Shown here piece by piece: positions 25,937 to 40,590 of a DNA stretch of 64,000 nt. Within the stretch, counting starts at the first letter, position 1. Every line of letters begins with the position of its first letter. The notes beneath the pieces were generated by a model that saw only the letters and a list, made by a program, of their open reading frames with translations, had not been told where the DNA came from and did no database searches. Both the position numbers and the translations under genes were made by a program. Origin of the DNA: Haliotis cracherodii (lineage: Eukaryota); NCBI RefSeq assembly GCF_022045235.1, contig NW_027266267.1, positions 23,746,001-23,810,000 on the forward strand, read 5' to 3'.

Positions 25937-28900
25937 AGTGGTATTTCTATTGAGGAACTTTCAGTGTCCAAAATAACTGAAATTGTATGCATAATATATG
26001 TTCATGTCTTTTAACAATATGTCATACTCATAGTCACATAATACCAATAAATCAGTGAATATTTAAATCTGAATTTGTTTTTTTAAAAGGTTGTTTGATT
26101 TGTTCAAGAAGGGTACCATGTACGATGACACGCTTTAAGTCAAATCACAGAATCTGACCAGTATTTTCAGTCTGTGTAATCCACAGAGGGACACTCGTGT
26201 CATGAGTTCATGAGTATCGGTACAAACGGTATTGTCGATGTGGGCTAGTAGCACTTAGACACTTGATGTCAACAAGGCTAGATAACTGCTTGGAATGACA
26301 TGAAAAAGGGTCTTTCAGGAAATGATTGCAGTTGATAAATGAGTGATACTAGTTTAATCTCATGTTTCTCATTTGACAACATACCTACCTTTGAACCACT
26401 CATCATGAGAATAACATCCAAATTGTTTCCTAAAAATGTATTTACTATGCCTGAAGGGTTTCTGTTCTTAGTACATTACATTGAAACCTATAAAGGGTGT
26501 ATTTGTAAGTGGCCATGTCAATAGTTGAAATCAATACCCAAAAAAAATAAACACACGCGTCGTCTAGAAGTATCTTTCATATTTTTCAGTGTTCCATCGG
26601 GGTTGAATAGCAACCTGCTATCTAAGAGTATATTGGCCTAACATTTTCATTAGAATGTATGTGTTCGATATTTGACGCCTCACAGCACTACTCCTGCCAT
26701 ACGATGGGGTTCTGAAAAGGCAGTCGAAAATACCGGTGCTAGTTTCTCGTGCATCAGTTAGTCTCACTGGAAAAGGTTTGTCTGAAAGGAATAGGACAGA
26801 GTTTTAGTCTAATGTTTCGTGTCCGTCACGCCCTGCCGGAGACTTGTAAAACGTTAGGTGCCGTTTACCACGGTCGAACCCTTGAGCCACTTTCGGCTAT
26901 TTGAAGTGGGAAGTCACATGGACTGGTATTCTACAGTTTCTTACACATGTCACTTGCTATACACTTTAAACCACCTCCGTGGTGTATTTGATAGAACATC
27001 TACCCAGACAGCGGATAGTCAGTAGTTCAATTCCCTGACCGCTGTATACCAAAATATATGTAAATATGTTATAATTACTTGTTACCCTTCCAGGTTTTGG
27101 GGTGATTAGTCAAGAACTTGTCGGCCTTGAGTATAACGTACCCGGGTGGGTCATCAATGTTAATCTGTCGCATGCACGCACGAACGCACGAACGCACGAA
27201 CGCGCGCACGCACGCAATAGCAATTAGGTGACGTCCTAGGGGATAGGTGACGTCACGTTCAATAGTGACGTCATCTGGTTTGTTCTCTGACGTTTTCATA
27301 TTTGTAAAAGTGGGTCAGTGACATTTGTGTTGATTGCAGTAAATGTTTTAAAACCGATATTGTTGTTACTTTTTATTTGATAACAAATTCCATTTTTCTG
27401 GGCATTATCATTTGCAGAAGAAGCCAGTCTTCGTCAGGCAGTTAATGGAAGACCTCGGGCTTCTGCAAATGATGATGCCCTGAAAATAGCGTTACCCTTA
27501 TAATACTGATTGGGGCGGTCGGGTAGCCTAGTGGTTAAAGTGTTCGCTCGTCACGCCAAAGACCCGGGTTCGATATCCGACATGGGTACAATGTGTGAAG
27601 CCCATTTTTGGTGTCCCCCGCTGTGATATTGCTGGAATATTGAAAAAATCGGCGTAAAACCATACTCACTCACTCACTATAATACTAATCAACTTAACAG
27701 ACTCGCGTTGCCTCCTGACGTACAGGCATTAGCCGGTAGTTACACATTACATTTATCACACATTTCCCTGTTTAACACACGCAGTAATGATACGTGCTTC
27801 ACACTCTCTTAGGTGTTTCGATTGCAGCTTTATTCCAAGCTGTCTCAGATGTGTCACTTGACTCAGAGAAATGACTCACTACTCCTCATTAGTTTTCAGG
27901 ATGTGTGAAAGAATAAATATTGCTTTACGCCGCATCAGCAATATTACAGTTAGTCGCCTCGAGAACCAGTATGTGCTTATCAAGAAATGTTATATAAGGA
28001 TGATGTTATATAAGTCCGTGTGACAGTTTACTGATGCTGTGGCAACTGGCAAATTTGTCATTTTAGTGGTTGTTTCAGAAGGCGTTCTGGTGATTGAAGC
28101 ATAGGTTTCTTTAGGTTTTGAGGTTGGCATCGACAAAACTAGGTTTGTGAATTGTATTTTGTTTATTTCCATTTGCTGTTTCTAGATTGGACAGTTTTTA
28201 GAGAAAGATGGGTGATCACCTCAGCAGTTCATGCCCTTTTTTATAAAGGCTGTCGCAATCTTCTGTTACGTGTGTTTTCTCCCAATGTGCAAGTACTTAC
28301 GTGATGTCCATACTTTTGACATTTGAAGCACCTCAAAGGGTTAGGAATGAAGCTGCAAACCTTATGAATGCAATAGCCTGGTTTAAATGATTTGTATGCA
28401 GTAAGGGCAGAAAACGAAAAGATGTATGTGTTTGTTTCAACAGTCTCGTTGTCTTTTCGCATTGTGAATCGTTTGGCATATGCCACTCATTGATCTTTCA
28501 TTTCAGAAACAATATCAATAATATCAGCAAACAGTCGATCCCAGTCTCGTACAATACCTCTGCTGGTGTTCAGTGTTCTGTGAGGACACACCAGAAAAGG
28601 GACTGCAACAAATCTGTTGCCAATTCGCAACAGATTAGTTGCTTGTTGTTTTCTATTATATTCAAGTGATAGGGTCCTTGTGTGCAAGAGTTTAATGTTC
28701 TTAACTTCTCCTGGAGTGTCATGAAGACGAAGCCAATGACAACTTGATCTTGGACTTGCAGCACCAAGAATATCTGGACGACATTCACATTGAGAAAAGT
28801 CAAAAGATAACTTTTTAACCAGATCGGCCTTTGCGCCACAGCCTTCTGGCACTGACATTTAGGTAATGTTTGTATTTAAGAAGTAGAGTTAAAATAAATT

Positions 28901-31056
28901 AACATGAATAATCAACATTTCCATTTTACATATACACTTCCAAGTCAAATAGTGATAGAACAAGAAGAGAAAGGTGTCCATAGCATGACCAGCCAATTGA
29001 TAGGGCGGGGCCTATCCTGATAACCGTCCAGGCAACATAAGGGTCACGTACAGGGGTGTATTGCGTAAAGAGACCAGTACCTCAACTACTAGAAGCCAAT
29101 CCTCCACTGAGGACTTCGTGTGAAAAACTTAGCAAATTTGGGGTGTGAAACTATAGAAACTTAGGTTAATCTTTCGTTGATTGGTAATACCCTACACTGG
29201 ATGAGTTCACCAGTTAACGATCATAACGATGACATTGCCCTCGGTATCCAAAAGTATGATACTGGTCATATTGGCGCAAGTATCAAAACGGCTCGAGTAT
29301 CCTTAAGTCTGATACTGGAGATATTTCCTCACGTATCCTAAAGTATCATAATTGTCCTATTACCTCAGATGTCTTGAAGTCTGATACTGGTCAATAACCA
29401 AATTGAGCAACGCGTTGCTCTCCCTATTCGAAATTGACCTGAGTAGTGTGGGCACTAGTGGCGGAAAGCCCAATATCTCAGCTTTTTAAGTGTCACAACT
29501 CTGATTCACACCTTTTAACGCGTAACGAAGAGTCATCAGAAAGATGATATTTCCGGCAGCTGTCGGTAAAGTAACCCGAATTTAAAGTGCAAATCTGGGT
29601 CAAGAGTTGAATGTTCTTGAAAAAGCATACATGTTTTTCCCACAAAAGATGCACCATGGTCGCTTCCGTGAAACTAGCAATCGTGTCCTTGTCCAACTTC
29701 TTTCCATAAAGATTTGTAAAAATATATATTTTAAGTATTTCAAAATAGCAAAAGGCACCACTTCAGCATATGACTGATACATCTTTCAAGTTTTCGAGCA
29801 AATATACTGAATGACTTACGAATTCTGCCCCGGAATCGAACTCCATTCCCAATTTTTTTTTTTTTAAATAACATTCGAAAAATCCCATGATAGATTTTCC
29901 AAGTTTCTATCAAATACACTTAATAGTTTTCGATTTCTGCGCCAGTAAAGGAAATGATTATGGACAGACATACAGACAGACGGACGGACGAGCAGACAGG
30001 CTGGCGTCTTATAGAAACAGTTAGCATGTGTGAATGGTACTAATGAAAGTGTATTCTATCAGTTGTATAAAGTCACAACTTTTAACAATAGTGAGAAATA
30101 TACACCTGAAAGACCATAAATTGGATGGAACAATTGTTGGGATTGAATGGAAAATAAAGTAAGTCTTCTCCTGGCTAAACTTCATAATGCAAGATGGGTG
30201 ACTTTAATTTCGTTGATTAGTTATGCTCTACACGAGAGGAGACAATCAGGCCATGTCATTTTATAAGGTATCCCAACGTCTTACTATTTAGATCAAATTT
30301 CTCAGGTATCCCAAAGTCTAATAAGGTCATATTTCTTTGCGTGACCAAAAAGAGTAATAATTGTCATATTTCCTTAGATATTTGGAATGCAAACAATTAT
30401 GGGTAAATAATATATTCAGTAATGGTGTGGTAAAATATATGCATATTTATTTTATCACTGCTTCAAGGGGGACACAGGTGGCCAAGTCGTCTAAGGCGCC
30501 GCGATTAGCTGTGAAGAATTGCAATCCTTGGGTATGTCAGGAACCTAGGATTGTTGGTTCGAAACGCGGTCCGCCCCGATCGTGTTATTAGATTTGTCAG
30601 CACCATACCCGTGCTCATTGGTTTCACCGAAGTGGTAAACGTCTGAGACCTGCATCACTTTGGGCTTTCCTCCTACATTAAGCTGATACGCCGTGATATA
30701 ACTGGAATACTGTTAAAAGCGGCACTAAAACCAACTCACTGACTGCTTCAAAATGCAAGGAACGAAATGCTTAAATATTAAAAAAGGTGTTTAAACACGT
30801 TCTCTAATGAAGCGTGTGTCACTGGATGGCAACGTGGAACAGATGTTCGCACATTTCTTGGCCAATGAGTGCAATGCAGTACAAGTCAATACAGATACAT
30901 GGTAAGGGCTGAGAGTTTTCTGATACAGTTATGGAACATGTCTACCATTTCAATTTACACACATTACCTCTATAAAAGAAAGGGATACTGCCTTACCACA
31001 TCATAGTGTAGTTGTAAACCACATCACTATTGAGTATCAAGAACATTGTATCAAAT

Positions 31057-31710
31057 ATGAGTCGCAGATTTACTCTCCACTCAGAGGTCAGCAGTATTTC
31101 AGAAGAGGAAGATAGCTTCAACCTTGCTGTTATTGGAGATAGCAGTGTAGGAAAGTCAACCTTAATCTGCAGACTCATCAAACACTGGACAGAACGGAGC
31201 AGCAAATCCCACAAGAAAAGTAAGAAACGTGGTAACGCTCGAGTTGATCTTGGAATCAAAGGGCGAAGTCTGACAGTCGATATTGTGGACACATCCACAA
31301 TGAAGACCTGCACCTTACCGCAGGGACTCCCCTCCATTGATGTATACGTGTTGGTGTACTCGCTGGTGTGTGATGACTCCTTTGAGTCTGTGGTAGCAGC
31401 CAGGGACCAGATCCTCCAGCAACAGGGACCTTCAGTCCCAATAGTGTTCGTGGCCAACAAGACAGACATCGCTGACTCTGTAGATAAGACCGAGAGAATG
31501 TCCCGAGATCTGAACATTAACTGTGAATGGGAACATGGACACGTAGAGATCTCGGCTGAGAAGGACCTTAGTGTCTTACAGGTACTGGAACAGATTATGA
31601 AGCGACATCATAAACATGTTTCTGTGACTGATGAAAAAAAGACGCACTCACGTCTTTCTAAAAAGTTGCGATCAATCAAACATTTCTTTTTAAGGAATAG
31701 ACAACGTTAA
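31057..31710 (+). CDS. Atypical Ras-like GTPase, copy 5
   Basis: Intact frame, ends HFFLRNRQR. Confidence 0.8.
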   Translation: MSRRFTLHSEVSSISEEEDSFNLAVIGDSSVGKSTLICRLIKHWTERSSKSHKKSKKRGNARVDLGIKGRSLTVDIVDTSTMKTCTLPQGLPSIDVYVLVYSLVCDDSFESVVAARDQILQQQGPSVPIVFVANKTDIADSVDKTERMSRDLNINCEWEHGHVEISAEKDLSVLQVLEQIMKRHHKHVSVTDEKKTHSRLSKKLRSIKHFFLRNRQR

Positions 31711-32172
31711 AGTGGTATTTCAATTGAGGAACTTTCAGTGTCCAAAATAACACATTAACTGAAATTGTATGCATAATATATGTTCATGTCTTTTAACAAT
31801 ATGTCATACTCATAGTCACATAATACCAATAAATCAGTGAATATTTAAATCTGAATTTGTTTTTTTTAAAAGGATGTTTGATTTGTTCAAGAAGGGTACC
31901 ATGTACGATGACACGCTTTAAGTCAAATCACAGAATCTGACCAGTATTTTCAGTCTGTGTAATCCACAGAGGGACTGTCGTGTCATGAGTTCATGAGTAT
32001 CGGTACAAACGGTATTGTCGATGTGGGCTAGTAGCACTTAGACACTTGATGTCATCAAGGCTAGATAACTGCTTGGAATGACATGAAAAAGGGTCTTTCA
32101 GGAAATGATTGCAGTTTATAAATGAGTGATACTAGTTTAATCTAATGTTTCTCATTTGACAACATACCTACC

Positions 32173-33613
32173 TTTGGAATCCCCGATCACCGAGTGTTTT
32201 ACATCCCGAGGCATAATCGAGGAGGAGTGTTGTATCTAGCTTAGAAACCTTGGGGAAACTGAAAATTTCGAGTGTATCAGAACTACGTTTTGATTCCCTG
32301 TACTGACGTAAGTTATAGAACGTTGATCAGATCATGCATGTGCCGATTATCACGCACTGCAAGTGCAGATTGCTGGTACTTGGGAGAGGTTTTACAATTG
32401 TCATGTCACGTGACTAGGACGTAACCAAACATATCCTAGCTCACCGGATTATCACGCACTGCACGTGCAGATTGCCGATACTTGTGAGAGGTTTTACAAT
32501 TGTCATGTCACGTGACCAGCTTCTTTTTAAACGTGCGCATTTCCACAGTAACCACACACTTTTACCGTGAACACGATGAGCGACGAGGACATCTTTCTAA
32601 CCCATGCTCAGAAAATGGACACTTTCTACTACTCGCCATTAGCGAAACCCAAGGCAGACAGATGGTTCAGCAATTTCCCGATAGGACACAACACGCTTCA
32701 AAGCATAATCAAGCGACTGTGTCGGAATGCAGGAATCGAGGGAAAGCGAACAAATCACTCTCTCAGGGCAACTTCTGCCACCAGACTATACAGAGCCAAC
32801 GTTAATGGGGAGCAGACAGGTACAGCAACATTTTACGGATTGAAGTTTTAAAAAAAATATTTTTACTTCCAAATTGGTGGCAAAGATAACATACAAATTA
32901 TTTGTGGGCAACTATTTTGGAGTAGTGTTATCATTTGAAAGGTACAATTGATAGCGTATATGTTTCAGGCCATCGAAGCGAAACTGTGCGCACTTATAAT
33001 CGGACATCCGAAGATCAGAAACTGCTGGCGTCGTACATCATCTATGGTGGTGGAAAGCAGAAAAAATCTGTTACTGCCACTGCCACGAGACCACCTCCAG
33101 ATGATGCTACTGCGCCGCCGTCAGTTGCTACTGCTACTGCTATTCCGTCATCTGCAGCACCACCACCAGCCGTTTCCAGCGAAATTGTCTCTGATCACGA
33201 GTTGCGAGAGAAAACCAAAAAAGACGCTTCGCGGAACATTTGTGTCACATTCAACTTCAGCTGAACTGTAAATGGCATGGTTTATGGCATCTCAGAATAA
33301 ACATTCTTGAAATTGAAACATGTGTGTGTTGATTTATTTTAAAGAACTAATCCGCTACCCCACGCCTGGTTTGCGCCATGGGTCAGGTTAATAAATCTGT
33401 TGGTAAAACCTCAAGTGAGGGGCAGGTCAATAAACAACCTGAACAACTCTACCAGAAAGGGACAAGTTAATAAATCTTCAGTATGGACCTCCCTCTGATC
33501 AGCAAGTATACTTGTTGGATAATCAGTAGTGAGCGGTACATGCAGACTGGCGGTCATTCCACGATAGCAATGCACCCACGAAACAATAGACATAATTTAC
33601 CCTAGGTTTCTAA
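32173..33613 (+). mobile_element. Crypton-like element, left end deleted
   Basis: ~300-bp deletion at a tttg microhomology removes the left end, left hairpin arm and loop; intron 32820-32968. Confidence 0.8.
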
Positions 33614-36600
33614 TGTTCCATCAGGGTTGAATAGCAACCTGCTATCTGAGAGTATATTGACCTAACATTTTAAATGGAATGTATGTGTTTGATGTTTGAC
33701 GCCACACAGCACTACTCCTGCCATACCATGGGGTTCTGAAAAGGCAGTCGAAAATACTGGTGTTAGTATCTGGTGTATCTGTGAGTCTCACTGGAAAAGG
33801 CTTGTCTGAAAGGAATAGGACAGAGTTTTAGTCTAATGTTTCGTGTCCGTCACGCCCTGCCGGAGACGTGTAAAACGTTAGGTGCCGTTTACCACGGTCG
33901 AACCCTTGAGCCACTTTCGGCTATTTGAAGTGGAAAGTCACATGGACTGGTATTCTACAGTTTCTTACACATGTCACTTGCTATACACTTTAAACCATCT
34001 CCGTGGTGTATTTGATAGAACATCTACCCAGACAGCGGATAGTCAGTAGTTCAATTCCCTGACCGCTGTATACCAAAATATATGTAAATATGTTATAATT
34101 ACTTGTTACCCTTCCGGGTTTAGGGGGATTAGTCAAGAACTTGTCGGCCTGGAGTTTAACGTACCCGGGAGGGTTATCAATGTTAATCTGACGCATGCAC
34201 GCACGAACGCACGCACGCAGTAGCATTTAGGTGACGTCATTGGGGATAGGTGACGTCACGTTCAATAGTGACGTCATCTGGTTTGTTCTCTGACGTTTCC
34301 ATATTTGTAAAAGTGGGTCAGTGACATTTGTGTTGATTGCAGTAAATGTTTTAAAACCGATATTATTGTTTCTTTTTATTTGATAACAAATTCCATTTTT
34401 CTGGGCATTATCATTTGCAGAAGTAGCCAGTCTTCGTCGGGCAGTTAATGGAAGACCTCGGGCTTCTGCAAATGATGATGCCCTGAAAAATAGCGTTACC
34501 CTTATAATACTAATTAGGGCGGTCAGGTAGCCTAGTGGTTAAAGCGTTCGCTCGTCACGCCAAAGACCCGGGTTCAATTCCCGACATGGGTACAATGTGT
34601 GCTGCCGAATTCTGGTGTCCCCCGCTGTGATATTGCTGGAATATTGCTAAAAGCGGCGTAAAACCATACTCACTCACTCACTCACTCACTATAATACTAA
34701 TCAACTTAACAGACTCGCGTTGCCTCCTGACGTACAGGCATTAGCCGGTAGTTACACATTACATTTATCACACATTCCCCTGTTTAACACACCCAGTAAT
34801 GATACGTGCTTCACACTCAGGATGTTTCAGGATTTGTGAAAGAATAAATATTGCTTTACGCCGCATCAGCAATATTACAGTTAGTCGCCTCGAGAACCAG
34901 TATGTGCATATAAAGAACTGTTATATAAGGATGATGTTATATAAGTCCGTGTGACAGTTTACTGATGCTGTGGCAACTGGCAAATTTGTAATTTTAGTGG
35001 TTGTTTCAGAAGGGGTTCTGGTGATTGAAGCATAGGTTTCTTTAGGTTCTGAGGTTGGCATCGACAAAACTAAGTTTGTGAATTGTATTTTGTTTATTTC
35101 CATTTGCTGTTTCTAGATTGGACAGTTTTTAGAGAAAGATGGGTGATAACCTCAGCAGTTCATGCCTTTTTTATAAATGCTGTCGCAATCTTCCGTTACG
35201 TGTGTCTTTTCCCAATGTGCAAGTACTCATGTGATGTCCATACTTTTGACATTTGAATCACCTCAAAGGGTTAGGAATGAAGATGCAAACCTTATGAATG
35301 CAATAGCCTGGTTTAAATGATTTGTATGCAGTAAGGGCAGAAAACGAAAAGATGTATGTGTTTGTTTCAACAGTCTTGTTGTCTTTTCGCATTGTGAATC
35401 GTTTGGCATATGCCACTCAGCAAACAATCGATCCCAGTCTCTTACAATACCTTTGCTGGTGTTCAGTGTTCTGTGAGGAGAGATCAGAACAGGGACTGCA
35501 ACAAATCTATTGCCGATTACAGATTAGTTGCTTGTTGTTTTTCATTATATTCAAGTGATAGGGACCTTGTGTGCAAGCGTTTAATGTTCTTTACTTCTCC
35601 TGGAGTGTCATGAAGACGAAGCCAATTACAACTTGATCTTGGACTTGCAGCACCAAGAATATCCGGATGACATTCACATTGAGAAAAGTCAAAAGATAAC
35701 TTTTTAACCAGATCGGCCTATGCGCCACAGCCTTTTGGCACTGACATTTAGGTAATTTTTGCATTTAAGAAGTAGAGTTAAAATAAATGAACATGAATAA
35801 TCAAACATTTCCATTTTACATATACACTTCCAAGTCAAATAGTGATAGAACAAGAAGAGTAAGGTGTCCATAGCATGGCCAGCCAATTGATAGGGCGGGG
35901 CCTAACCTAACAACCCTCCAGGCAACATAAGGGTCACGTACAGGGGTGTTTTGCGTAAAGGTACCAGTACCTCAACTACCAGAATCCAATCCTCCACCGA
36001 GGACTTCGTGTGAAAAACTTAGCAATTTTGGGGTGTGAAACTATAGAAACTTAGGTTAATCTTTCGTTGATTGGTAATACCCTACACTGGATGAGTTCAC
36101 CAGTTAACGATCATAACGATCACATTGCCCTCGGTATTCAAAAGTATGATACTGGTCATATTGGCGCAAGTATCAAAATGGCTCTAGTATCCTTAAGTCT
36201 GATACTGGAGATATTTCCTCACGTATCCTAAAGTATCATAATTGTCCTATTACCTCAGATGTCTTGAAGTCTGATACTGGTCAATTACCAAATTGAGCAA
36301 CGCGTTGCTCTCCCTATTCGAAATTTACCTGAGTAGCGTGGGCACTAGTGGCGGAAAGCCCAATATCTCAGCTTTTTAAGGTGTCACAACTCTGATTCAC
36401 ACCTTTTAACGCGTAACGAAGAGTCATCAGAAAGATGATATTTCCGGCAGCTGTCGGTAAAGTAACGCAAATTTAATGTGCAAATCTGGGTCAAGAGTTG
36501 AATGTTCTTGAAAAAGCATACATGTTTTTCCCACAAAAGATGCACCATGGTCGCTTCCGTGAAACTAGCAATCGTGTCCTTGTCCAACTTCTTTCCATAA

Positions 36601-37637
36601 AGATTTGTAAAAATCTATATTTTAAGTATTTCAAAATAGCAAAAGGCACCACTTCAGCATATGACTGATACATCTTTCAAGTTTTCGAGCAAATATACTG
36701 AATGACTTACGAATTCTGCCCCGGAAACGAACTCCATTCCCAATGGAGTCTATGTCCAACTTCTGTCCCTAAAATTTAAAAAAAAATAACATTTGAAAAA
36801 TCCCATGATAGATTTTCCAAGTTTCTATCAGTTACACTTAATAGTTTTCGATTTCTGCCATGGTAAAGGAAATAATTATGGACAGACATACGGACAGACG
36901 GACGGACGAGCAGACAGGCTGGCGTCTTATAGAAACAGTTAGCATTTGTGAATGGTACTAATGAAAGTGTATTCTATCAGTTGTATAAAGTCACAACTTT
37001 TAACAATAGTGAGAAAATATACATCTGAAAGACCATAAATTGGATGGAACAATTGTTGGGATTGAATGGAAAATAAGGTAAGTCTTCTCATGGCTAAACT
37101 TCATAATGCAAGATGAGTGACTTTAATTTCGCTGATTAGTTATGCTCTACACGAGAGGAGACAATCAGGCCATGTCATTTTATAAGGTATCCCAACGTCT
37201 TACTATAAAGATCAAATTTCTCAGGTATCCCAAAGTCTTTGCGCTTTCCTCCTACACTAAGCTGATACGCCGTGATATAACTGGAATACTGTTAAAAGCG
37301 GCACTAAAACCAACTCACTGACTCCTTCAAGATGCAAGGAACGAAATACTTAAATATTAAAAAAAGGTGTTTAAACACGTTCTCTAATGAAGCGTGTGTC
37401 ACAGGATGGCAACGTGGAACAGATGTTCGCACATTTCTTGGCCAATGAGTGCAATGCAGTACAAGTCAATACAGATACATGGTAAGGGCTGACAGTTTTC
37501 TGATACAGTTATGGGAACATGTCTACCATTTCAATTTACACACATTACCTCTATAAAAGAAAGGGATACTGCCTTACCACATCATAGTGTAGTTGTAAAC
37601 CACATCACTATTGAGTATCAAGAACATTGTATCAAAC

Positions 37638-38324
37638 ATGAGTCGCAGATTTACTCTCCACTCAGAGGTCAGCAGTATTTCAGAAGAGGAAGATAGCTTC
37701 AACCTTGCTGTTATTGGAGATAGCAGTGTAGGAAAGTCAACCTTAATCTGCAGACTCATCAAACACTGGACAGAACGGAGCAGCAAATCCCACAAGAAAA
37801 GTAAGAAACGTGGTAACGCTCGAGTTGATCTTGGAATCAAAGGGCGAAGTCTGACAGTCGATATTGTGGACACATCCACAACGAAGAGCTGCACCTTCCC
37901 GCAGGGACTCCCCTCCTTTGATGTATACGTGTTGGTGTACTCGCTGGTGTGTGATGACTCCTTTGAGTCTGTGGTAGCAGCCAGGGACCAGATCCTCCAG
38001 CAACAGGGACCTTCAGTCCCAATAGTGTTCGTGGCCAACAAGACAGACATCGCTGACTCTGTAGATAAGACCGAGAGAATGTCCCGAGATCTGAACATTA
38101 GCTGTGAATGGGAACATGGACACGTAGAGATCTCGGCTGAGAAGGATCTCAGTGTCATACAGGTACTGGAACAGATTATGAAGCGACATCATAAACATGT
38201 TTCTGTGACTGATGAAAAAAAGACACACTCACGTCTTTCTAAAAAGTTGCGATCAATCAAAAATTTCTTTTTAAGGAATAGACGACACAAAAGTGGCATT
38301 TCTATTGAGGGACGTCCACATTAA
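37638..38324 (+). CDS. Atypical Ras-like GTPase, copy 6 (228 aa, long C-terminus)
   Basis: Intact frame, ends RNRRHKSGISIEGRPH. Confidence 0.8.
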   Translation: MSRRFTLHSEVSSISEEEDSFNLAVIGDSSVGKSTLICRLIKHWTERSSKSHKKSKKRGNARVDLGIKGRSLTVDIVDTSTTKSCTFPQGLPSFDVYVLVYSLVCDDSFESVVAARDQILQQQGPSVPIVFVANKTDIADSVDKTERMSRDLNISCEWEHGHVEISAEKDLSVIQVLEQIMKRHHKHVSVTDEKKTHSRLSKKLRSIKNFFLRNRRHKSGISIEGRPH

Positions 38325-39242
38325 CTGAAATTGTATGCATAATATATATTCATGTCTTTTAACAATATGTCATACTCATAGTCACATAATACTAATAAAT
38401 CGTTGAATATTTAAATCTGAATTTGTTTTTTAAAATTATGTTTAGTTTGTCCAAGAAGGGTGCCATGTACGATGACACGCTTTAAGTCAAATCACAGAAT
38501 CTGACCAGTATTTTAAGTCTGTGTAATCCACAGAGGGACTGTCGTGACACGAGTTCATGAGTATCGGTACAAACGGTATGGTCGATGTGAGCTAGTAGCA
38601 CTTAGACACTTGATGTCAACAAGGCTAGATAGATAACTGCTTGGCATGGCATAAAAAAAGTTCTTTCAGGAGATGATTGCAGTTTAAAAATGAGTGATAC
38701 TAGTTTAATGACATGTTTCTCATTTGACAACATACCTATCTTTGAACCACTCATCATGAGAATAACATCCAAAATGTTGTTTCCTCAAAATGTATTTACT
38801 ATGCCTGAAGGGTGTCTGTTCGTAGTACATTACATTGAAACCTATAAAGGGTGTATTTGTAAGTGGCCATGTCAATAGTTGAAATCAGTACAATAAAAAT
38901 AAACACACGCGTCGTCTAGTAGTATCTTTCATATTTTTCAGTTTTCTATTAGGGTTGAAGAGCAACCTGCTATCTGAGAGTATATTGTCCTAACATGTTA
39001 TTTGGAATGTATGTGTTTGATGTTTGACGCCACACAGCACTACTCCTGCAGTCGCAAATACCGGTGCTAGTGCTAGTGCTAGACAGTGGATAGTCAGTAG
39101 TTCAATTCCCTGGCCGCTATATACCAAAATATATGTAAATATGTTATAATGTTTTGTTATCCTGTCGGGTTGAGGGGGATTAGTCAAGAACTTGTCGGCC
39201 TGAAGTATAACGCACACGGATGGGTTATCAATGTTAATCTGA

Positions 39243-39281
<39 letters not shown>

Positions 39282-40590
39282 GCATTAATCTTCAGTAATC
39301 CATGCTTGACGTAATAGGAGCCAGACGGGATCTGATGGTCGAGCTAGTAGACTTGGTTGATGCATGTCACGGCATCCAACTGCGAATATCGATGCCCACG
39401 ATATCAGTCACTGGAATGTCTGGTCCAGATTCGATTTCGATTCGTCATATAGCTGGACTATTGCTGAGTACGGCGTTAAAGAACACCAAAGAGAACTAAG
39501 CTCATTAACATACTATCTCAATAATATTCACCCTCATCTGAAAATACTGTATGACTGTTCTACATGTACATGGGCAACATCTGATAGGCGGCAATCCGGC
39601 TGATATTAGAACGAAATTACACTGGACAAGTTCATCTGGGGCAATATGATCGTTTTCAGACTCAGTATTATAGCTAAAATGGACAGAAATATCATTAAAC
39701 CGCCCGCATGTTATCAGAAATCAGCGGGGCCACTGTAACTTGATGATGCCCTCATATTGCTTGACGACGGGCCATTATCAAGCCCGTTGTTGGGTGACGT
39801 CATAGGTAGGGATAGGTGACGTCACGTTCAATGATAACAAATTCCATCCATATTAACTATAATAACGGTAACGCTATTTTTCATGGCATTATCATTTGCA
39901 GAAGAAGCAAGTCTTTTCAACTGTGTGAATGTTTTCAGGATGTGTGAATGAATAAATATTGCTTGACGCCGCATCTGCAATATAACTGTTAGTCGCGTCG
40001 AGAACCAGTATGTGCATATAAAGAACTGTTGTGTAAGGATGATAGAAAATATCAGGCACATATCACAGACAAACGAGTGAAACTTACTATCTGCTGCAAA
40101 ATCTTTATGTCCTCAAAAAGATGAATTTATTTCAAGAATGCTAAAATCTTAATATAGTTATGAACTTGAGTAAAACGTGCTTTCATAGAATAAAGTATTT
40201 ATGACAGATTAAAGCTGGATACGCCGTGATATAACTGGAATACTGTTAAAAGCGGCACTAAAACCAACTCACTGACTGCTTCAAAATGCAAGGAACGAAA
40301 TACTTTAAATATTAAAAAAGGTGTTTAAACACGTTCTCTAATGAAGCGTGTGTCACTGGGTGGCAACGTGGAACAGATGTTCGCACATTTCTTGGCCAAT
40401 GAGTGCAATGCAGTACAAGTCAATACAGATACATGGTAAGGGCTGAGAGTTTTCTGATACAGTTATGGAACATGTCTACCATTTCAATTTACACACATTA
40501 CCTCTATAAAAGAAAGGTATACTGCGTTACCACATCATAGTGTAGTTGTAAACCACATCACTATTGAGTATCAAGAACATTGTATCAAAT

